Assembly (NCBI GenBank): GCA_002269645.1
Contig: NIVC01003677.1
Span: 1-48,421 of the forward strand
Length of the DNA: 48,421 nt
Direction of reading: 5' to 3'
DNA from: Macrostomum lignano
Taxonomy: Eukaryota
A model generated the notes under the pieces. The model made no database searches and had not been told where the DNA came from. It saw only the letters and a list, made by a program, of their open reading frames with translations. Shown here piece by piece: positions 12,990 through 25,798 of this stretch. Each line of letters opens with the position of its first letter. The first letter of the stretch is position 1. A program made the position numbers and the translations under genes.

Positions 12990-13498
12990 GACATTAAGCA
13001 GTCGGTAATTCTGACAACGAAACCGACACGAGAAGTTAATGTCGTTCAAATAGCCGAATTTGTACAGTCAAATTTTCAGTTATAACTTTCTGGCCTTCTT
13101 TGAGAGCTTTATCTCTAACTGCTAAGAAATTTTGGCTCTCGCTTTTGATATTAGCCTTTGGCTTGGTCAAACAGATAACATTATCAGTTGAAATTGATTC
13201 GCCGAAGAAAAAAACTAACAACAGAGCCTCTGTGTACTCCTCTGTGCCTGGTCTATCACTACAGAAACTTTCTATTTGGACAAGTTATATTCCAAGCCAA
13301 TTATTTCGGAGCATGCTTGGTTCAGTATTATAGAGTAGTCGATGAGAAAAGTTCACTGCACAGGTGCTAAAAATGGGTGATTGGAAAGTGTTTATACATT
13401 GTAGCTGCCTAAATATTAATTGGCGTGTTAACATTGGTTATACCGGTGCCAATATTGATGTGTATGGAAATAAAATTGACGCAAACTGTTCTACGATT

Positions 13499-15755
13499 GT
13501 TGTAAAAAGCAGTAATATTGATGTAAAAAGCAGCAATATTGATGTAAAAAGCAGTAATATTGATGTAAAAAGCAACAATATTGATGTAAAAAGCAGCAAT
13601 ATTGATGTAAAAAGCAGCAATATTGATGTAAAAAGCAGTAATATTGATGTAAAAAGCAGCAATATTGATGTAAAAAGCAGTAATATTGATGTAAAAAGCA
13701 GCAATATTGATGTAAAAAGCCACAAGATTGATGTAAAAAGCAGCAATATTGATGTAAAAAGCCACAAGATTGATGTAAAAAGCAGTAATATTGATGTAAA
13801 AAGCAGCAATATTGATGTAAAAAGCAGTAATATTGATGTAAAAAGCAGTAATATTGATGTAAAAAGCAACAATATTGATGTAAAAAGCCACAAGATTGAT
13901 GTAAAAGCAACAATATTGATGTAAAAAGCAGCAATATTGATGTAAAAAGCAGCAAGATTGATGTAAAAAGCAACAATATTGATGTAAAAAGCAACAAGAT
14001 TGACGTAAAAAGCAACAATATTGATGTAAAAGCAACAATATTGATGTAAAAAGCAACAATATTGATGTAAAAGCAACAATATTGATGTAAAAAGCAACAA
14101 GATTGATGTAAAAAGCAGCAATATTGATGTAAAAATCAGCAATATTGATGTAAAAACAACAATATTGAAGTAAAAGCAACAATATTGATGTAAAAAGCAA
14201 CAATATTGATGTAAAAATCAGTAATATTGATGTAAAAAGCAACAATATTGAAGTAAAAATCAGCAAGATTGATGTAAAAAGCAACAATATTGATGTAAAA
14301 AGCAACAAGATTGACGTAAAAAGCAACAATATTGATGTAAAAGCAACAATATTGATGTAAAAAGCAACAATATTGATGTAAAAGCAACAATATTGATGTA
14401 AAAAGCAACAAGATTGATGTAAAAAGCAGCAATATTGATGTAAAAAGCAGCAATATTGATGTAAAAAGCAGTAATATTGATGTAAAAATCAGCAATATTG
14501 ATGTAAAAAACAACAATATTGAAGTAAAAAGCAACAATATTGATGTAAAAAGCAACAATATTGATGTAAAAATCAGTAATATTGATGTAAAAAGCAACAA
14601 TATTGATGTAAAAATCAGTAATATTGATGTAAAAAGCAACAATATTGATGTAAAACGCAACAAGATTGATGTAAAAAGCAGCAATATTGATGTAAAAAGC
14701 AGCAATATTGATGTAAAAATCAGTAATATTGATGTAAAAAGCAGCAATATTGATGTAAAAAGCAACAAGATTGATGTAAAAAGCAACAATATTGATGTAA
14801 AAAGCAACAATATTGATGTAAAAAGCAACAATATTGATGTAAAAATCAGCAATATTGATGTAAAAAACAACAATATTGATGTAAAAATCAGTAATATTGA
14901 TGTAAAAATCAGCAATAATGAAGTAAAAAGCAACAATATTGATGTAAAACGCAACAAGATTGATGTAAAAAGCAGCAATATTGATGTAAAAAGCAACAAG
15001 ATTGATGTAAAAAGCAACAATATTGATGTAAAAAGCAACAATATTGATGTAAAAAGCAACAATATTGATGTAAAAATCAGCAATATTGATGTAAAAAACA
15101 ACAATATTGAAGTAAAAAGCAACAATATTGATGTAAAAAGCAACAATATTGATGTAAAAATCAGTAATATTGATGTAAAAAGCAACAATATTGAAGTAAA
15201 AATCAGCAAGATTGATGTAAAAAGCAACAATATTGATGTAAAAAGCAACAAGATTGACGTAAAAAGCAACAATATTGAAGTAAAAATCAGCAAGATTGAT
15301 GTAAAAGCAACAATATTGATGTAAAAAGCAACAATATTGATGTAAAAGCAACAATATTGATGTAAAAAGCAACAAGATTGATGTAAAAAGCAGCAATATT
15401 GATGTAAAAAGCAGCAATATTGATGTAAAAAGCAGTAATATTGATGTAAAAATCAGCAATATTGATGTAAAAAACAACAATATTGAAGTAAAAAGCAACA
15501 ATATTGATGTAAAAAGCAACAATATTGATGTAAAAATCAGTAATATTGATGTAAAAAGCAACAATATTGAAGTAAAAATCAGCAAGATTGATGTAAAAAG
15601 CAACAATATTGATGTAAAAAGCAACAAGATTGACGTAAAAAGCAACAATATTGATGTAAAAGCAACAATATTGATGTAAAAAGCAACAATATTGATGTAA
15701 AAGCAACAATATTGATGTAAAAAGCAACAAGATTGATGTAAAAAGCAGCAATATT
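13499..15755. repeat. 21-bp minisatellite, consensus AATATTGATGTAAAAAGCAAC, roughly 105 units, runs into the assembly gap
   Basis: Direct tandem units with AGC/AGT/AAC/CAC variants and some 20-bp units. Confidence 0.97.
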
Positions 15756-16753
15756 NNNNNNNNNNNNNNNNNNNNNNNNNNNNNNNNNNNNNNNNNNNNN
15801 NNNNNNNNNNNNNNNNNNNNNNNNNNNNNNNNNNNNNNNNNNNNNNNNNNNNNNNNNNNNNNNNNNNNNNNNNNNNNNNNNNNNNNNNNNNNNNNNNNNN
15901 NNNNNNNNNNNNNNNNNNNNNNNNNNNNNNNNNNNNNNNNNNNNNNNNNNNNNNNNNNNNNNNNNNNNNNNNNNNNNNNNNNNNNNNNNNNNNNNNNNNN
16001 NNNNNNNNNNNNNNNNNNNNNNNNNNNNNNNNNNNNNNNNNNNNNNNNNNNNNNNNNNNNNNNNNNNNNNNNNNNNNNNNNNNNNNNNNNNNNNNNNNNN
16101 NNNNNNNNNNNNNNNNNNNNNNNNNNNNNNNNNNNNNNNNNNNNNNNNNNNNNNNNNNNNNNNNNNNNNNNNNNNNNNNNNNNNNNNNNNNNNNNNNNNN
16201 NNNNNNNNNNNNNNNNNNNNNNNNNNNNNNNNNNNNNNNNNNNNNNNNNNNNNNNNNNNNNNNNNNNNNNNNNNNNNNNNNNNNNNNNNNNNNNNNNNNN
16301 NNNNNNNNNNNNNNNNNNNNNNNNNNNNNNNNNNNNNNNNNNNNNNNNNNNNNNNNNNNNNNNNNNNNNNNNNNNNNNNNNNNNNNNNNNNNNNNNNNNN
16401 NNNNNNNNNNNNNNNNNNNNNNNNNNNNNNNNNNNNNNNNNNNNNNNNNNNNNNNNNNNNNNNNNNNNNNNNNNNNNNNNNNNNNNNNNNNNNNNNNNNN
16501 NNNNNNNNNNNNNNNNNNNNNNNNNNNNNNNNNNNNNNNNNNNNNNNNNNNNNNNNNNNNNNNNNNNNNNNNNNNNNNNNNNNNNNNNNNNNNNNNNNNN
16601 NNNNNNNNNNNNNNNNNNNNNNNNNNNNNNNNNNNNNNNNNNNNNNNNNNNNNNNNNNNNNNNNNNNNNNNNNNNNNNNNNNNNNNNNNNNNNNNNNNNN
16701 NNNNNNNNNNNNNNNNNNNNNNNNNNNNNNNNNNNNNNNNNNNNNNNNNNNNN
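15756..16753. other. Assembly gap (~1 kb of N)
   Basis: Run of N. Confidence 0.99.
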
Positions 16754-18330
16754 TCAGTATCAGCAGTCTGTGCAGTGTTCGCTAACTGCGTATCGGCTGG
16801 TACCAGTTCGGAATCAGAGCCGACCGTAGTCACACGCTGGGCTCCATCGGGTGACTCTGTAGCAGCGATTTTAGTCCCTCCGATGGAACTGATTGTTGTC
16901 GACAGTGCAACCATCTCCCCATCGCGCTTTCTGCTGTGCCGAATGTACCTTTCCACTGAGCTCTCGCTTTTGTGTCCGTAACTGCGCTGATATCCCACAG
17001 GGAGACTCCGGCCGTATTCAACTCGGTTGCCAATGTAACTCGAAGACAATGCCCAGTATAGGCTTTGCTTAGTTTGGCCGCTTCTGAGATGACACACATC
17101 AAGTTTCCGAGTGTGTTGACGCCGATGCTTTGGTTTGCATGGGTGCTTGCGCCTGTGCAAACCGGCTTTAGTGATCAGCCCGCCCCCTTTGCTGTCTCTG
17201 TGCATCTGTGTGGGGTGGGGGCTGGCCCCCCCCCCTCCGCCTGCTAGCCTTTTTAGGTGAGCCTCTCACCGCGTTTTCTGACTCAATTTGCGCGCAGCTC
17301 TCCGCTTGAGTTTTTTTTTTTCAATTTCTGCTTTTATCTCAATTTTTTTGCTTGTAACTCGTTATACTCGTAAAATACATAGCTTGGAGGTCGCTTTTTC
17401 GCTGTGCGCCTCCCGCGCGTTGCTCGCCTTGCTCGCCAATTGTCTCTGTGTCTCTTTGTGTCGGGCTGGTCACTAAGTACCTGCTTAGCGAAATACCAGG
17501 AGTCGGCTAGCCCTCGCAATCTAGGACGTAGGAACAGCAAAGAGCTTGGCACCCTTCTCTGCTCTTTGCTTCTTCGATCTTCTTCAGGTAGAGATCCACG
17601 CACTCATAGGGACATCTGCTTCTGGCTTTAAAGACTTTCAAAACCCACTTTTGACCATAGATATTTCAAGCGCTTGCTCTCTGACACTCTCTGACAAGAA
17701 ACGTATTATTTTTAATGTCGTTGCTCCAATCATTGCTGCACGCTTCAAATGTCTATGGCCAAACCACACTGAGCAAAATACTTCAGCAAAAATCAAAGCG
17801 AGCCAGAATCTCAACTCAGTCAATAGGCCTGCGAACAAAAGTGGATAGCAAGCGCGTAGTACACCTCCCGTTGAAGAATGGATCATTTCGGTCCATTCGG
17901 TTCATTTCGGTCCAGAAGGGATCACTTCAAAGTAGCGGCGTTGCTTTTCCAAATCCTCTGTCTCCAAAGCACAGAACGGTTTCACGGAGCCACCTAACTT
18001 GATGAACATTGGCGGCGGTGGCTTTGGTTTGAAGATTGGCCGTTCCGAAACGTTGATCCTCGATGATATACTGATTCCACAGACACGAAGTAGATAGCGG
18101 AATAGACCAGACTGGATGTTGAATATCGACTGTCGCTGGATCGCAGGGGTAGCTCTTGCTTGACAGAACCTCTCGCTAAACTTACGAAGCACCAATTTTC
18201 TTGCACTAGAACAGACCGGCGTAATTGTCCAATTGCATAAGATCCATTTCATTGATCTCAGCTGAGGAGCTTCAACTTCATCGGCGTCCAATTGAATGAG
18301 ATCGTCAAGCATGCATTGCATTGCGGTTGT
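16754..18330 (-). mobile_element. Degenerate Crypton-type (DUF3504) tyrosine-recombinase transposon
   Basis: Colinear motifs across several frames: LRKF...SIFNIQSGLFRYL; LETEDLEKQRRYF; GLLTELRFWLALIF...GHRHLK; RCPYECVDLYLKKI; LFLRPR...DSWY; GVNTLGNLMCVISEAAKLSKAYTGHCLRVTLATELNTAGVSLWDISAVT / GHKSESSVERYIR (HxxR, second His and catalytic Tyr of tyrosine recombinases). Confidence 0.8.
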
Positions 18331-18539
18331 TAAACAAGCAATCGGATTTTATATGAAATTTCTACAGGTGATTACAGGATAGACGTAAAAATGATGAAAA
18401 ATAGAATTGAGTTAGTAGAATTCTATATATCTTCTGAGCTTACACGCCTAAATGTGACTCTCAATTGAATTTTTGTTAAACAACACATCGTGGTCAAGTC
18501 ATACGAGATATTTCGTAGATATATCGATAGACATAAATT

Positions 18540-18960
18540 GGTACTGATGTAACCACGCTCCGGTCCCGGGATCTGGTGAGGGAAATTTCTCCGAATCTCC
18601 CAGATCGCCTTTGACCTACCGGACCGAGCTGTAGAGACTGGGCCGGGTCCCTGACTAGGCCAACTGACTCCCGCTCTGTTGCATCCCCCTGCTGTCTCGG
18701 TTCCGTCTCCCACTCAGCCACACATGCCTTTGCTGAGCCCCTTTTCTCGTGCACCTCGTCTGCCTCCCCCATTTTTCACGCGCTCCACCCCTTGTATCAT
18801 GTACTTCTCGCATTCCTCGTCTTTCTCACCATGTTTTAGCCCGTTTTTCTGGCGCTGTCCCCTCCACATCCCGTGCTTACTTACAGTATTGCTTGTGCTC
18901 ACCGTCGCCCCATCTCCTTTTAGAATCCCAAACGGCACGTGATGCAAGGCCTCTGACTGA
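18540..18960 (-). mobile_element. Possible very degenerate 3' fragment of an RTE-like LINE
   Basis: KHGEKDEECEKYMIQG...GRRG and ...LTRSRDR loosely recall RTE C-termini (GH..RK....K..IQG..EG.R.RGR ... RSR.RL). Weak. Confidence 0.3.
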
Positions 18961-21614
18961 TCCTCAAACCGCTATAATAATCCCAGCAAATCCCTTCTTT
19001 GCTACTAACGGCCGTCGAATAAGAAGTAGTTTTCTTTTTTTGCAATCATGAACCATAAAATAGGAAGATTTAGCATTATTTCTTAAGAAATGCTGGGCAC
19101 ATTTTACATGCACATTAAGGTTTACAGAGGTCCAAATAGAAGAAACAGGGAGATATGAGCAAGGAAAAGTTTGAGCTGAGTGCTCAATCGACCTCTAGAA
19201 GTGGGAGAATGACAGGCGTGGAGGGAACTTAAGTGCCCTCCGAATTGTTTAGAGATATGCTCTCATAAAATGTTGGATTCTCTTGGTTGTCAATCAACAT
19301 GGAAGAATTGTCGATCTGCCTCCGCCTCCTGACAAGCCGCTTCTTGGGCAAGGAGTTCACTTTTGAAAGATACAATGCGTTTATTATCCAGAAGAGCTTA
19401 CAGTCCGAATGATTTTCTCTTGCAAGAAGTTTTAGATTACGGCGAGAATTGGTGACAAAGCAGCCAACAGGTGATTATAAAAGAGAGTAAAGAGAAGCAT
19501 TCAGCAATTAAGTTATGCATGAAAGATACACCGAATACTTGTTCCTATTTGTATATTTCATCGCCATGAAAGGTAAGTACTTCTGTTGCTATGCTGATTG
19601 CAAGCTGCAACATTCGTTGCCCAAGCAATACCGACCCACCCTGCAATGCAAGGTAGGCTGTAACTGCAGGAACACACGCGCATTTTTCATAATTTATTGC
19701 GCAAGAGACTGCAGAAGGAAAAGTTGGGCAAAGGCAAAGTATGGAATGTTTCAACAGCTAATTCATGCACAAATTGCTTTCAACAGCCGCTGATAATCAG
19801 CGCTTCGCACCTGACATTCCTAGCTGCTTTTAGAAGTCTTAATGATATGAACTGCGCTTTACAATCTGTATTTTCCTTTCGCCTTGTTTTGCCTTTTTTG
19901 CCTGCTTCAAAACTTTGAATATACTGTATGTGTATTTGTGTCTGAATATCGGCAACTCTCATCCCGATCTTTACTCCCTCCACCGACATGTGCATATGTG
20001 CATGTACAGTACATCGCTATAATTGTCACTTCTCCAGCTGTCTACAGGCAGCACCGGCTGTGGGCACGGCGATAGAGTGTCGTGTCCTATATCCTTCTCT
20101 GCCTCTCTCCACGAGCCCTTCTACTAGGTACGATCTACCGACCACTATTGTTTCAATTCTATTTCGTTCTAGCTTTCATAAATCGATTTATTGTACTTTT
20201 CTTTAGCTTCATCTTTCACTCTATCTCATACAAGCGTACAGCTATCCAACGTCATGCTACAAAAAACAAAAAATCAGTAAATCGTGCGATAAAACAAAAG
20301 AAAGAAAAATAATAGTTAAATTCCAACCTCAACTTAACTACCTAAAGTTCTTCGAGGCCTTTCGATTTTTCTTCTGTAATTGTACCGCCAAGACCATTCC
20401 ATCACACAGCTACCGGGGCTTCTGTCTGCCTTCATTGCATTTCCTTTGCACGCGCAACAGATTCGTCTTCATTGCAGTTGCAACACACTGCAGTGGCTTT
20501 GCTTTCAGCCACTGTCCTCTCTCCATGGTCTCTGGTCACGCATCCTGACTGCTTGCCCCCCCGCCCAGACTCTCTCTCTGACTCTCCTTTCACTCCCCGG
20601 TCCCCGTCTTTTCTCCTTATCTCTTTTCTTCTGCCCTATTTCGCCACGCTCCGTGTGTGTGCGTGTGTGCTTGTGTCGTTTCAAGCAGAAGTCAAGAAAG
20701 AACACAAGACTTTTTGCGCGTAGATTGGGCACAACTTGGGCCCAACCGATGGTCTTTTTCGCCATTAGACAATTCGACCATGCGCCTCCAGTGCAATAGT
20801 CGCAATATAGTCGCCTATAGTCGCATTAGGACGAAACAGTCAATCCTTCGATCCCAATTATTGGCTGCGAGCGAGACTTGAAAAGCCAATGCAGCCACAG
20901 CTTCGTTGCAGGACGTCCACGCCTATATGAGCGTAGCAACATAGATCTTCCAATTCCTTGCCACACTCTGGCTCTTGATTCGGATCCGCGGTCGCATTCA
21001 GAAACTGTGCCACGAGCTTAGTCCCGTATCGCCCGAAACCAATGAGGGATCATTGGCTGAGCCTGTGGCAGATCGGGACAGACCGACATCATTGGCTCTG
21101 ACATTGCAACGACCAACCCATCGCCACCTGAATCTGTGGTATAGCATTTTTAGCTCACTAGATAGCAGATAAGTCAAACCGCAACTTCATACTCGTAGCA
21201 ACAACAATCTTGCCAACGTATCAGCTTCTAGCATCGGTTTGCACCCGCGACTCATACAAGAGGGCTCCGACGTTCTCTTTGGTAAGCTGCTGCTAATTAC
21301 CGATCCGAAATTATTTGATTGAATGAATGCCCCCTGTTCCGGTTGTCAGAAAGCGACGTTTCTCCCAACTAATAAAATAGCAAATAATCAAATCAAATTA
21401 ACATATCCAAGTCTGAGCCGCTTATTATTTGTTCTTTTGAAACTTCGTCTGCTGATCTCAATTGAAATTGCGATATACAAGTCGATGAACTCTTGGATAA
21501 AAGAACGCCATTTTTACTGCGATTGAGCCTAGCTTATTAAATCCCATATACTAAAATTATTACTATTAATTTTTAGGATTTAGCTATTACAACGGTTTCA
21601 CCTGATCCGCTTTG

Positions 21615-21945
21615 TCCAAATCTCATCTCCCCTCGCTCACTTTTCCTCTCTACCAGCTACCCTCTCTGAACTTTTTATTCTCTCGTTCTTACTTTCTCCT
21701 CAAATACCTATCTCCCTCTTTGCCTCTCAATCTTTCTCCTCCTCTATCTCTCTCATTCGCTCCCTTTCATCTCTGTCCCACTATATTCTACCTCTCTCCC
21801 ATTTGTCTCTCTACCTCCTCCGCCTCTATATCTCTACCTCTCCCCTTCTATCTCTCTACCTCCACCTTCCTTTCAATCTGTCTTGTCCTCTCCTTCTATT
21901 ACCCAATTGTATCTTCTTCCTAACCCTTCTCTTCTCTTTCATATT
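21615..21945. repeat. CT-rich low-complexity tract
   Basis: Pyrimidine-rich degenerate (CT)n/(CCTCT)n sequence. Confidence 0.8.
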
Positions 21946-22817
21946 CTTAACGATCCGCTTAGCAGGTCCTATAATTATTTTCCTATCATCTTTCACTTTA
22001 TCTCGTCCCTATCTGCCCATCAGCAGTTATAGTCTAGGATTCTTGAGAAATCTCATTCGGTCTCCTTCTGAATCAGATAATCCTACCGGAGCCAAAGACA
22101 AGCAATCGTTCTTTCGAGAAGTTCTTTTTCTCTCGCCTATATAGATGATAGGAGCTAGGCCATCGGTTAAAAATAGGAGAAACAAGACGGTGCCAAAGAG
22201 AGAAGAGAGAAATAAGAAAGACACACAGCGGTGCAGGGAGGTAAACAGACCATTGATCCTCTTCTCATCCGCCTCTCTCCGACCCGCATTAAGGACAGAA
22301 TTAGGCCGAATCCTCAAACTGCCCCCCGCTTCCCTACCGGTCTTGAATTACCCCCGACCCTTGCCTGAAGTTTCCAGCGAGCTCAAGGCCGCTAACAGTA
22401 ATTGCACCCAGAAGGCCATCCTCGTGTATTATAATCTGCCTTTTTGTCCTTCTTATCTTCACTGATAGAATTTTCTGGATCAGTATTAGATGCCCTTGAT
22501 CGGCCGGGCGTGGTCCTCAGAGCCCCTGTAGTTCCGCACAGGGTGCAACTGGACACCCGCCGTGTCGTTTACTATGCTCTGGTGGACAAATTTGATTGAA
22601 AGAAAAGCTTTAAGAGATATTCAATCTTTGTCTTTAGTAGCCACTAAGTCTTTGAGTAATATTGCACAATCGGTTAGATTTACTTTGTTTTCCTGTTTCC
22701 TTTGCATGCATGCGCGATAATCCTGTGTTATTTCTTAAGACAATCAACTTGTTAAATTAATATTTATTAAAGCGAACAACGTATTTCATATTCCATGACG
22801 CATGGAGCTGTATTACA

Positions 22818-23035
22818 ATCTCTGAGTCATGGAGGGAAAAGCGGATTCCGATCTGAGTCATGGAGGGAAAAGCGGATTCCGAACTCTGAGTCACTGAGGG
22901 AAAAGCGGATTCCGATCTCTGAGTCATGGAGGGAAAAGCGGATTCCGAACTATGAGTCACTGAGGGAAAAGCGGATTCCGATCTCTGAGTATTGGAGGGT
23001 AAGGCGGATTGCGACCTCTGAGTCACGGAAAAAGC
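22818..23035. repeat. 33-35-bp minisatellite, ~6 units (TCTGAGTCATGGAGGGAAAAGCGGATTCCGATC)
   Basis: Direct tandem units visible. Confidence 0.9.
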
Positions 23036-24794
23036 GGTAAATACTTTAAATTCATAAAGTCAAGGAACACATCTTTGATAGCCAATGCTTTAAAGCCCTC
23101 TAGCTAAGCGTATATTTCTTGCATAGTAATTTTTTCTTGCGTTGACAGCAGCTCAGAAACTGCCTAAGGAATAAATTTTGAGCGGCGGCGGTGGCAAGTG
23201 GACAGGCGTCGGGTTGAATATTTAGGGAGACTGGGGGAGGAGAGAGGGAATATGGTGCGAAGAAGGGGTCGTGGCTCGGGCAGAGCTGGATCAATTGAAG
23301 CGATAAATCAATGGTCCCCAAGTTCTCCAGCCATTGCCTGAAACGCACCGTGCGGGCGGTTCCTTACCAAAAAAGCCCGACCGAGCCTTATAAAGTTCAT
23401 CTTTCGGTCAGCCCAAGCCTACGCTTTGACTGGGGCTTTTCGCTTGCTCCTCAGATATGATATCGAAGAGACTATAGTCAGGGATGGGGAACAGCTCAGC
23501 TCTGCGATAAATGCCGTTGTCATGCCACGAACCCTTGGTTGTTGGTTTGGTTCCTTGGTTCGTGGGCCAACCTTCAAGGCACTGAGAGTGTACATGTTTG
23601 ACGCTGAAGTCACTGAAGGCCTTACATCAGGCCGCTCAGAACATTCTAGACAATATTTATTTTATTATATTGAAGATATTGAAGAAAAGTTAATGAAAGT
23701 AAAATGGGAGCTGGTGCAAAGAATTCCACAGATGCATTTGCACTGATTATCCAACATAACTTGCGGCCGCTTACTATAGTCAGCCTGATGCTTCTGAACT
23801 TACTGAAAAAATCATTCAGCACTGCAGGTGCACGAATACTATCTTTGATCAATTTTGGCATGCTTGGCAGAATGGAAGGTATAGAAGATAGATGGCCTCG
23901 AATCCATCTATCATGATGCGAATTGGTTCTATAGAATGCATGCGATTGCAAAGCATGCTACAGAAATCAAATTGGCTACTTTTAATTGCTATGAAAGTAC
24001 AAACAGACACGTAAGTCAGTTTGTTAAACTACCAACACTGGTTATCAACATTGGCGCCAGAGTCAGCCAGCAGGCAGTCGACGAAATATCGTGTGCGTTG
24101 TCTGTGGGCAGCACGGCAGTATGTGGATAGAAGTTGATGATCAGCGTCCAGATCTACGAGGGCTTTTCGTGAGATTCAGGCGGCCGATTAGAAGCAGGCA
24201 TCGGTACGCATTCCTGGTGACGATGAGCAGCTAAAACTCATAGGAGCATTTTTTCGGCGGGCAGTTCCCGTGTTCTCGATTTCACGGGCGCGATGAGACC
24301 CATGGCATTGCTTGTGGGGTCTAAACTGATATATTGGCACCATGCGGCTTTGTAATAACACTTTACAAAGGCATTAAAAAGTAACTGATTCTATGATCTC
24401 AGTCGATGAGATATTGGGTTAAAGTTTCTTAACAAAGAATCAATATTATTTACCGATGCAACTACAAGGCAACCCAGAGTGCAGAGTCGAGCAGTTTATC
24501 CACTTCTGACATGCATATTGAGCTCGCTCCACTTAGGAATTTTTGAGTCTTCCAAGCCACTCCAACGTCCTCTTCATTCCCTTGCTGTTCTCATTCACCT
24601 ACTCGCATGCATTTCAAGACGAGCCCGGCTAAAGGCTTTCTCAAATCTTCTCAGAGTCCTCAGACGGAGAGCTGAGCAAAGTTGATTATCTGTGCTCACA
24701 GCTTGAGCACCACTGTCATTTGCAGGGGAAACCACCGGCTTGACTCGATCAGTGCCACTTTATCTGTAGCGACTTACGTCTGTTCGCAACTTTC

Positions 24795-24985
24795 CTATCC
24801 TTTCCTCTCCTCTCCTCTCCTCTCCTCTCGTCTGCTCTCCTCTGCTCTCCTCTGCTCTCCTCTGCTCTCCTCTCCTCTCCTCTCCTCTCCTCTCCTCTCC
24901 TTTCCTCTCCTCTCCTCTCCTCTCCTCTCGTCTGCTCTCCTCTGCTCTCCTCTGCTCTCCTCTCCTCTCCTCTCCTCTCCTCCTC
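24795..24985. repeat. (CTCTC/CTCTG)n pentanucleotide microsatellite
   Basis: Seen directly. Confidence 0.95.
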
Positions 24986-25374
24986 ACCTTTCTATTATAA
25001 TTTCACAGTCTGATTTACTTCAAAATTACGAGTTAATTTCGAGCTCAATGCTACAAGTACAATCCCATATTTTAAAACCATACTACAATCAAAGGTGTTT
25101 TAATCTTTTTGAGTGCTTTCATTAATGAGTTAGCTGTCATTCGATTAATTAGCTTAAATTCAGAGCTCTTAGAATTTCCATAAAAACTCTGATTTCCTGT
25201 CTCAAATGTTAAGGGAAAAATCCAAACAGTATAAAAAAATTAACCATCCAAGCACTGCATGTTTGCTACGGCAAAAGTGTTCGGGCGTATAAACTCTCAG
25301 TTTAAATGGTTTACCATTTTCTTCTTATGCTCGATTTTCTGTTGCTTTTTTGATGAAGCTGTCGAAAATTTCAA

Positions 25375-25468
25375 TTGTGTCTAACAGCTGCGCCCTTGTG
25401 TCTAACATTTGTCGTCTCGTGTCTAACATTTGTCTTCTCGTGTCTAACATTTGTCTTCTCGTGTCTAA
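25375..25468. repeat. 21-bp tandem repeat, ~4 units (GTGTCTAACATTTGTCTTCTC)
   Basis: Seen directly. Confidence 0.85.
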
Positions 25469-25506
25469 CGGTTCACAATTTTTTAGTTAGAGCCAGCAGT
25501 CAGGCC

Positions 25507-25798
25507 ATGTGCACTTAAAGCAACGTTGTCACACAACTGCCGAGAGGCATTACTGCTCATTCCGCCGACTTCCCTGAGCAGGCACACACTCACAGCAATG
25601 TACAGCGGCCCTAACTTTATTTATCGTTAGGCATGTACACTTCACTGTGCCGTGGGGGTTGGTCCTCAAGGTCATTAATTGCACGAGCAGACCCAAGCCG
25701 AGATTCCAATTTAGCCCCAAATTAATTTGACTGCACTTGGAATCGAGCCTGGGCCGCTGGCACATCAGAGCGCCGTACTACACCACTAGGCTACGGCT
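25507..25798 (-). mobile_element. tRNA-derived SINE, copy 1 (head intact)
   Basis: Minus-strand 5' end GCCGTAGCCTAGTGGTGTAG...CCAGGCTCGATTCC carries A-box and B-box-like motifs; the body is shared with the copies at 28170 and 48050. Confidence 0.75.

Noticed and set aside
13409-17205. Long ORFs (FTSILLL / FYINIVA repeats; the 981-aa ORF spanning the gap)
   Set aside because: Translations of a 21-bp satellite plus Ns. Only the part right of the gap is meaningful, and it belongs to the Crypton relic.
19515-19793. Cys-rich ORF resembling transposase CxC tails
   Set aside because: The Cys spacing does not fit well and there is no upstream transposase.
20805-20845. Hammerhead-like string ctatagtcgcattaggacgaaacagtc
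   Set aside because: It lacks an intact CUGANGA core, and stems I and III cannot be formed.
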